Below are positions 62,628 through 64,000 of a DNA stretch of 64,000 nt, piece by piece. Below the pieces are notes generated by a model, which had not been told where the DNA came from, made no database searches, and saw nothing but the letters and a program-made list of their open reading frames with translations. Made by a program: the position numbers and the translations under genes. Source of the DNA: Candidatus Eiseniibacteriota bacterium (GTDB taxonomy: Bacteria > Eisenbacteria > RBG-16-71-46); assembly GCA_038231135.1 (NCBI GenBank), contig JBBRLX010000004.1, positions 96,001 to 160,000 on the forward strand, given 5' to 3'. Position 1 is the first letter of the stretch. Each line of letters opens with the position of its first letter.

Positions 62628-64000
<1,373 letters not shown>

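Overview
High-GC bacterial chromosomal window with about 44 supportable CDS. I found no rRNA, tRNA, CRISPR array or transposase. The organism is diderm (LptE, LpxR-like, Omp85, lipoproteins). Several secreted proteins end in FlgD-Ig/T9SS-like domains and one ends in a 'TWGxxKxxYR' tail, a style I associate with Candidatus Eisenbacteria and related phyla (inference only). Left part, mostly + strand: beta-helix secreted protein, aminotransferase, methyltransferase, sigma54-promoter-linked GAF-GGDEF protein, WbpB/D/E-like amino-sugar trio, histidine kinase plus NtrC-type regulator, lptE-holA-leuS, lpxR-like. Right part, mostly - strand: a giant triple beta-helix protein, GH57, BNR-repeat proteins, an SNF2 ATPase with a Zn-ribbon partner, xerD, uvrC, rpsT, a peptidase-PD40-Omp85 fusion, dapFAB (dapB frameshifted), xerC, topA, smg, secA, a cold-shock protein, a lytic transglycosylase and partial guaA. 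The most striking non-coding feature is a 28-bp dif-like Xer site at 18182-18209. It lies where gene orientation flips and forms one arm of a 21-bp inverted repeat carrying a second XerD-type arm, with both xerC and xerD in the window. All calls come from reading motifs by eye, without database searches.
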